From assembly GCA_963753345.1 (NCBI GenBank), contig CAVWBU010000027.1:32001-96000 (forward strand): 64,000 nucleotides of DNA, given 5' to 3'. Both the position numbers and the translations under genes were made by a program. Below are positions 58,945-64,000 of this stretch, piece after piece. Below the pieces are notes generated by a model. The model had not been told where the DNA came from. It worked only from the letters and a program-made list of their open reading frames with translations, and ran no database searches. The DNA is from an uncultured Fibrobacterota bacterium. Its GTDB lineage: Bacteria > Fibrobacterota > Chitinivibrionia > Chitinivibrionales > FEN-1185. How positions within the stretch are numbered: the stretch's first letter is position 1; every line of letters begins with the position of its first letter.

Positions 58945-59835
58945 TCAGAATTCCTTGAGTGCGCCTACCTCTTTGCTTCCAAAAAGGCCTGCGGGTTTGA
59001 AAAAGAGAATAGCCAGCAGTATGCCTATGGCTACCACGTCCTTGTAGGCCACGGGCAGCACGCTGATGCTGAACGCCTCGATAACACCGAGAAGCAGCCC
59101 GGCCGCAACTGCAGCGCTGCTGTTTCCAAGGCCCCCCAGAATCGCCACGGTAAATCCCTTGATCGCCAATGGCGTGCCGCATTCGTACTGCGTTTGGGTG
59201 AGCGGCGAGATCACGCAGCCAGCGAGCGCGCCGATCGCCGCGCTCAGCATGAACGACAGGGTGACCATGTTCTTCACGTTGATGCCGCATAAGACCGCGG
59301 CCATCCGATTGGCGGAGCAGGCGCGCATGGAGCGGCCGGCGAGCGTGTACCGGAAGAACAGCGAGAGGCCTGCCACCATCGCCCCGCATACGCCGAGAAC
59401 CCACAGCACCTGCGGCGATATGTGCGCGCCGAGGATAGCAATCGACGAGCACTCGTTCCCGGAAAAGTAGTGAAGGGCCCGGACCTTTTCGTCCCAGATG
59501 TGAAGCGCCGCTTCACGGATGAGAATCGAAACGCCGATCGTAATGATGATCATGCGCAGCACCGACGGGTGCGAAAGCCACCTGATAAACGTAAGTTCCA
59601 CGAGCGCGCCGACAACCGCCGTGATGGCAACAGCGCAGGCGATGGCGGCGGGAAGCGGCATCACGGCCGACAGGGAAACCGCAATCATGCCGCCGAGCAT
59701 CACGAACTCGCCCTGTGCGAAATTGATGATGCCCGTGGTGTTGTAGATGATGTTGAAGCCGATTGCAACGATTGCGTAAATGCTGCCGCTGGTGATGCCG
59801 GAAAGAAGATATTGCAGAAAGAGTTCGAAGGACAT
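58945..59835 (-). CDS. livH: Branched-chain amino acid-type ABC permease LivH
   Basis: GSIYAIVAIGF, IINFAQGEF, KGFTVAILGGLG. Confidence 0.92.
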   Translation of the reverse strand: MSFELFLQYLLSGITSGSIYAIVAIGFNIIYNTTGIINFAQGEFVMLGGMIAVSLSAVMPLPAAIACAVAITAVVGALVELTFIRWLSHPSVLRMIIITIGVSILIREAALHIWDEKVRALHYFSGNECSSIAILGAHISPQVLWVLGVCGAMVAGLSLFFRYTLAGRSMRACSANRMAAVLCGINVKNMVTLSFMLSAAIGALAGCVISPLTQTQYECGTPLAIKGFTVAILGGLGNSSAAVAAGLLLGVIEAFSISVLPVAYKDVVAIGILLAILFFKPAGLFGSKEVGALKEF

Positions 59836-59870
59836 TGCTTGCTCATGCAATTTGAAATGATGACATAGAA

Positions 59871-60021
59871 AACCCCTCTCCTGTGGGAGAGGGGCGGCCA
59901 TAGGCCGGGGTGAGGTTCGTTGGGCAACGCGACCTCATTCCCCTTGCCCCCTTCTTACCTCTCCGGGTACTTCCCCCTCGTCAGGGATTCCCAAGGGTCA
60001 CCCACCGGGAGAAGGGGGAAG
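59871..60021. repeat. Back-to-back REP-like palindromes of the family seen at 9091/9450
   Basis: CCCCTCTCC-N5-GGAGAGGGG...GGGGTGAGGTT then ACCTCATTCCCC...CCCCCTTCT...AGAAGGGGG. Confidence 0.65.
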
Positions 60022-60034
60022 AAATATTCTCCGA

Positions 60035-61264
60035 TCAGTTCCCGTAGACGGTGAACTTTCCGCCTTTTACCGTGAGCATCTCAAATGCGTTGATGTCAAG
60101 CCCGTTGTGGTCGGTCGCCGAGAAATTGAAAATGCCGGCGGTTCCTACGAACCCTTTCAGGTTTTCGATGGCCTCGCGCACTTTTTCCTTGTCCGTGCCT
60201 GCGGTCTCAATCGCCTTTACAAGGATGGTGATTGCATCATATGCGTGGCCGCCGAACGTGCTCACGTCTTCCTTGTATTTCGATTCGTAATCGGCCTTGT
60301 ATTTTTCGAGCAGCGCCTTCTGCGGGTTGTCCTTTGCAAGCACGTCCGCAACGAGGAGCCTGCCGGCCGGGAAGATAATGCCTTCCGCCGCCTCGCCCGC
60401 GGCCTGCACGTACTTGATGTTGCCGAAACCGTGGCTCTGGAAAAGCGGGAACTTCAGGCCGAGCTGCTTCATGTTCTTGGCAAGAAGCGCCTGTGCGGGT
60501 TCGATGGACCAGTTGACGATCGCGCCCGGATTCGCCGCCTTGACTTTGGTGAGCACGGCGGTGAGGTCGGTGGCATCTTTCTCGTACACTTCGTTTGCGA
60601 CGATGGTGATCTTGTATTCGGGTGCGATTTTTTCAAGCTGTTCCTTGCCGGCCTTGCCGAAACCGGTGTTGCTTGACGTAACGGCGATCTTATCGATCTT
60701 GAGCTTGTTGAGCGCCATGAAGATCTTGCGGGCGGCGTCGCTGTCCTTCTGCGGGGTCTTGAACACCCACTTGGCAAGCGGGTTGACAATCGCTTCCGCG
60801 GCGGCGCAGGAAATGAGAAGGGTCTTGTTCTCGTCGCAGAGTGCCTTAATCTGCATGGTTTCGCCCGTGGTGGAGGGCCCGATGATGGCGAACACCTTCT
60901 CCTCCTCGATCAGCTGCTTTGCAAACGAGACTGCGTTCTCCGGCTTGCCCTGTGAGTCCTTGATGACGAGGACCAGCTTCTGTCCCTTGATCCCGCCCTT
61001 TGCGTTGATCTCGTCGACAACCATCTGGGCGGTTCTTTCTTCGGGAGCGCCCAAGTTCGCGGCCGGGCCTGTCACGGCAAAGATCGCGCCTATCTTAATG
61101 GGCTCGGCTGCTTTTGCCGGAGCGGCGACCGGGGCGGGAGAGGCAGCGGGAGTGGGAGCAGGAGCTGGCGAGGCCTTTGTGTCCTTGGCGCCTCCTGCTG
61201 CGGAAAGATTCAATGCACTCACCAAGAATGCAGCGCAGCAAAGCGCTCCTATGCGTCTGGTCAT
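60035..61264 (-). CDS. livK: Branched-chain amino acid-type ABC substrate-binding protein (LivK/LivJ-like)
   Basis: Signal peptide, IKIGAIFAVTGPAA, INAKGGI, HAYDA. Confidence 0.9.
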   Translation of the reverse strand: MTRRIGALCCAAFLVSALNLSAAGGAKDTKASPAPAPTPAASPAPVAAPAKAAEPIKIGAIFAVTGPAANLGAPEERTAQMVVDEINAKGGIKGQKLVLVIKDSQGKPENAVSFAKQLIEEEKVFAIIGPSTTGETMQIKALCDENKTLLISCAAAEAIVNPLAKWVFKTPQKDSDAARKIFMALNKLKIDKIAVTSSNTGFGKAGKEQLEKIAPEYKITIVANEVYEKDATDLTAVLTKVKAANPGAIVNWSIEPAQALLAKNMKQLGLKFPLFQSHGFGNIKYVQAAGEAAEGIIFPAGRLLVADVLAKDNPQKALLEKYKADYESKYKEDVSTFGGHAYDAITILVKAIETAGTDKEKVREAIENLKGFVGTAGIFNFSATDHNGLDINAFEMLTVKGGKFTVYGN

Positions 61265-61357
61265 TCTGAACCTCCTTGCGGTGACAGGTGAAAAGGGCTG
61301 TTGTCTTGGGTGTTTTCAACAAGTAGTGCACCCGGCGCTTCTTCTCCGAAACGCCGG

Positions 61358-61795
61358 TCAGATTTTCTTCACTTCATCGTCGGAAAGAAGCTTGTAGCCT
61401 TTCTTGGCGAGCGCCTCGATGGCCTTGTCCCCATTTTCGAAACGCAAGAACAGGATGGCCTTATTGGAATACTGCTCGACAAACGAGTAAGTGTACTCGA
61501 TGTTGAGGCCGTTTGTGTCGCACAGGCTCATGATGTCGTAGAATATGCCTTCGCGGTCGTCGATTTCGACGGCAATCACCGTGTTGATCTTAACGGTGAA
61601 GCCGGCCTTCTTAAGCACGTCGTTGGCAAGCTCGGGCTTGTTGACGATCATTCGCAGGATGCCGAAGTCCGAGGTGTCGGCAATGGTGAGCGCGCGGATA
61701 TTTATCTTGTTGTCCCTGAGGACCATTGCGACATTCGCAAGCCGGCCTGGTTTGTTTTCAAGAAAAACCGAAATCTGCTGTATGTTCATCGGCAT
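61358..61795 (-). CDS. Tandem ACT domain protein
   Basis: QISVFLENKPGRLA, IRALTIADTSDFGILRMIV, NIEYTY. Confidence 0.92.
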   Translation of the reverse strand: MPMNIQQISVFLENKPGRLANVAMVLRDNKINIRALTIADTSDFGILRMIVNKPELANDVLKKAGFTVKINTVIAVEIDDREGIFYDIMSLCDTNGLNIEYTYSFVEQYSNKAILFLRFENGDKAIEALAKKGYKLLSDDEVKKI

Positions 61796-61807
61796 TCTCC
61801 TTTTGTG

Positions 61808-63106
61808 TCAGATAATTCGTTTGTCAATGACCCTCTTCGCCTTTCCCTCGCTTCGGGCAATCGATTTCGGCTCAACCAGTTTGACCTTGGCATGGATGAG
61901 CAAGGCGTCGTGCAGGGCTCGTTCGATCTCTTTTTCGCGCACTTCAAGTTTTTTTATCTCGTCGGAGAAGCTCGTTTCTCCCACTTCCACCTGGACTTCA
62001 AGGTAATCAAGGTTTTCACGCCGTTCAACCACAAGCTGGTAGTGCGGTTCAACCCCTTCCATTTTGAGAAGGACCTCCTCGATCTGGGACGGGAACACGT
62101 TGACCCCGCGGATGATGAGCATGTCGTCGGTGCGGCCGAGGATCCGGTGCATTCTCACCGAGGTACGGCCGCAGGGGCACCTCGTGTGGTCGAGGAAGGT
62201 GATGTCGCGCGTCCGGTAGCGGATGACGGGTGTTCCTTCCTTGGTGAGCGTGGTGAACACGAGTTCGCCTTTTTCTCCGTCGGGAAGCACCTTGCCGCTG
62301 TCCGGGTCTATGATTTCCGGGTAGAAATGGTCCTCGAAAATATGCAGCATGTCCTGGCGCTCGCACTCCGAGGCCACGCCCGGCCCGATTATCTCGGTGA
62401 GCCCGTAAATGTCAATCGCCTTGAGATGGAGCTTTGCTTCGATTTCTTTGCGCATGTTCTCGCTCCACGGTTCTGCACCGAACAGGCCCGCCTTGAGCGG
62501 CAGCTTGGAAAAATCGATTTTCTCCTCCCGGCCCACTTCGGCGAGGTACAAACTGTACGATGGCGTGCAGGCAAGAACGGTTGTTCCGAAATCCTGCATT
62601 ATCTGCAGCTGGCGCTTTGTATTGCCGGCGGAAATCGGGATGATCATCGCGCCCATCCTGCGCGCTCCGTAATGCACGCCGAGTCCTCCGGTAAACAGGC
62701 CGTACCCGTAGGCGTTCTGGACCCTGTCCTTTGCGGTGGCGTCGCCCATGGCCAGCGTTCTTGCCATCACTTCCGACCAGATTTCAATGTCCTTTTTTGT
62801 GTAGGCGTCAACCACGGGCTTGCCGGTGGTGCCCGACGAGCTGTGGACCTCGACGATGTTGTTGACATGGCAGGAAAGCAGTCCATAGGGATACACGTCG
62901 CGCAGATCCGTCTTGGTGATGAAAGGAAGCTTGACAATATCGGAAATGTGCTTTATATGGGTCGGTTTCACGCCGGCCGCGTCCATCTTTCCGCGGTAAA
63001 AGGGATTGTAGACGTAGGCTCTTCGCGCCAGATTCTGCAGCCGTCTTGTCTGAAGTATGGTGAGCCGCTTCCGGCTCATGGTTTCGAATTCTCTGTTCCA
63101 TATCAT
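61808..63106 (-). CDS. paaK: Phenylacetate--CoA ligase
   Basis: [48 protein letters not shown]. Confidence 0.94.
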   Translation of the reverse strand: MIWNREFETMSRKRLTILQTRRLQNLARRAYVYNPFYRGKMDAAGVKPTHIKHISDIVKLPFITKTDLRDVYPYGLLSCHVNNIVEVHSSSGTTGKPVVDAYTKKDIEIWSEVMARTLAMGDATAKDRVQNAYGYGLFTGGLGVHYGARRMGAMIIPISAGNTKRQLQIMQDFGTTVLACTPSYSLYLAEVGREEKIDFSKLPLKAGLFGAEPWSENMRKEIEAKLHLKAIDIYGLTEIIGPGVASECERQDMLHIFEDHFYPEIIDPDSGKVLPDGEKGELVFTTLTKEGTPVIRYRTRDITFLDHTRCPCGRTSVRMHRILGRTDDMLIIRGVNVFPSQIEEVLLKMEGVEPHYQLVVERRENLDYLEVQVEVGETSFSDEIKKLEVREKEIERALHDALLIHAKVKLVEPKSIARSEGKAKRVIDKRII

Positions 63107-63228
63107 AAAAGGGCTCCATAGGGCGTTGGGTTATTCGGGCGATAGGGGCGGGCTTTCGGACCGACCTATTAACATAATATATGGGACAGAGGGTTTGGCA
63201 ATAGGGAAAAAAGAGTGCGGCCTGTGCG

Positions 63229-63411
63229 GCAACCAACGCCTTGGAGTTGCTCGGGATTGTTCCAAGCACGCTTGGACGACCCGTGATAAGAATAGTTACT
63301 ACTGGCTTTCCGGAGTTCGCCAAAGTCTGCACCAGAGTCTGCTGGTCCGCGAGCAGGGAAATATCCGTCTTGTCTCCGCTGCGCTCGGCATACGGCGTTT
63401 CCCCGATTGCT
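63229..63411 (-). pseudogene. Fragment of a GH3 beta-glucosidase C-terminal domain
   Basis: Translates AIGETPYAERSGD...QQTLVQTLANSGKPVVTILITGRP...ALVAA, with no start and no rest of the gene. Confidence 0.65.
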
Positions 63412-63610
63412 ATTGGGCAACTCTACAAGGTCAAATCAAGCAGATTTGACAATCAACTAGTAAGTTCTGTGAAATAAATCCGATAATACTTATTATAATA
63501 GAGAAACATATCACCATCTGTAACAAATTGTTTTGCAATTAAATAGAACAAGTTATCTCTAAATTACAAATTCTAATTTCACTGACAACTGTCAGTTTGT
63601 AAGATTTGTC

Positions 63611-63657
63611 TTGACTTTGTTGCAGAATAGTGCTATATTATGTGAAACAAGTAACAG
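63611..63657 (+). promoter_or_regulatory. rex promoter with adjacent Rex-operator-like site
   Basis: TTGACT-17 nt-TATATT (TG-extended) followed by ATGTGAA-ACAA-GTAACAG (Rex consensus TTGTGAA-N4-TTCACAA). Confidence 0.6.
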
Positions 63658-63676
63658 CTCATCCTTTGGTGCTGAC

Positions 63677-64000
63677 ATGCGAAGAAATGCTCAAATCAAT
63701 GTTCCTCATCCATCGCTCACCCGCCTGCTCTGCATTTATCGTCTTCTCGAACAAATGGAGCGCGAGAACGTCAAGTCCGTCTCGTCATCCGAACTAGGCA
63801 GGGTGCTGGGGTTCAAAGCCGACAGCATCCGGAAGGACGTGAGCTATCTCGGGGAGGTGGGTAATTTCGGCGGCGGATACGAGGTTCTCAAACTCAAGGA
63901 GCATATCAGCACCAACCTTGGCCTTGACAGAAAAAGAAAAGCGTGCGTGGTGGGGCTGGGGAGGCTCGGAACGGCAATTCTCAACTACGACGATCTTAGT
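63677..64000 (+). CDS. rex: Redox-sensing transcriptional repressor Rex (runs off the window end)
   Basis: Own translation: ...TRLLCIYRLL...VSSSELG...IRKDVSYLGEVG..GGGYEV...VVGLGRLGTAI. Confidence 0.9.
   Translation, partial: MRRNAQINVPHPSLTRLLCIYRLLEQMERENVKSVSSSELGRVLGFKADSIRKDVSYLGEVGNFGGGYEVLKLKEHISTNLGLDRKRKACVVGLGRLGTAILNYDDLS

Noticed and set aside
3909-63121. Long antisense ORFs (e.g. 3909-5552, 27660-28856, 30384-31514, 40732-41946, 60297-61397, 61301-63121)
   Set aside because: Shadow frames of well-supported genes in GC-rich DNA, with no recognisable motifs
1-64000. CRISPR array, rRNA, tRNA, transposase or prophage genes
   Set aside because: No regularly spaced 25-45-bp repeats, cloverleaf or rRNA signatures, or transposase/phage motifs were found by eye; the short tandem arrays have 7-9-bp periods without spacers

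Overview
GC-rich bacterial chromosome segment. It is most consistent with an anaerobic FCB-group organism (Fibrobacterota/Chitinivibrionia-like), inferred from T9SS/FlgD-like C-terminal domains, PEGA and giant TPR proteins. In order, it carries: a PEGA protein divergent from a T6SS tssK-tssL-tssM block; an AT-richer islet of hypothetical exported proteins; cspA; a coiled-coil membrane protein; ispF; a secreted HExxH metalloprotease; an M50 protease; metA-cysE-thiS-thiG-thiH; pilT-pilC; a SPOR protein; an ECF sigma/anti-sigma pair; rppH; a giant TPR protein; an amidase; an LMW phosphatase; tyrS; a frameshifted DUF362 gene; a TetR-TolC-MFP-RND-ABC2 efflux operon; mtgA; a GT2; and a large aryl-acid cluster (amidohydrolase, iorAB, three paaK, porin, livKHMGF, ACT protein). 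The window ends in rex. No rRNA, tRNA, CRISPR array or transposase was seen. The intergenic DNA is the most unusual part. A ~140-nt structured element with covarying UNCG hairpins occurs three times, and two of these copies are paired with a second conserved element in a ~400-bp convergent module. There are also MITEs (one cleanly interrupts a gene with a TTA duplication), nested REP/PATE-like palindromes and about ten degenerate 7-9-bp tandem arrays. Several small-indel frameshifts may be assembly errors.
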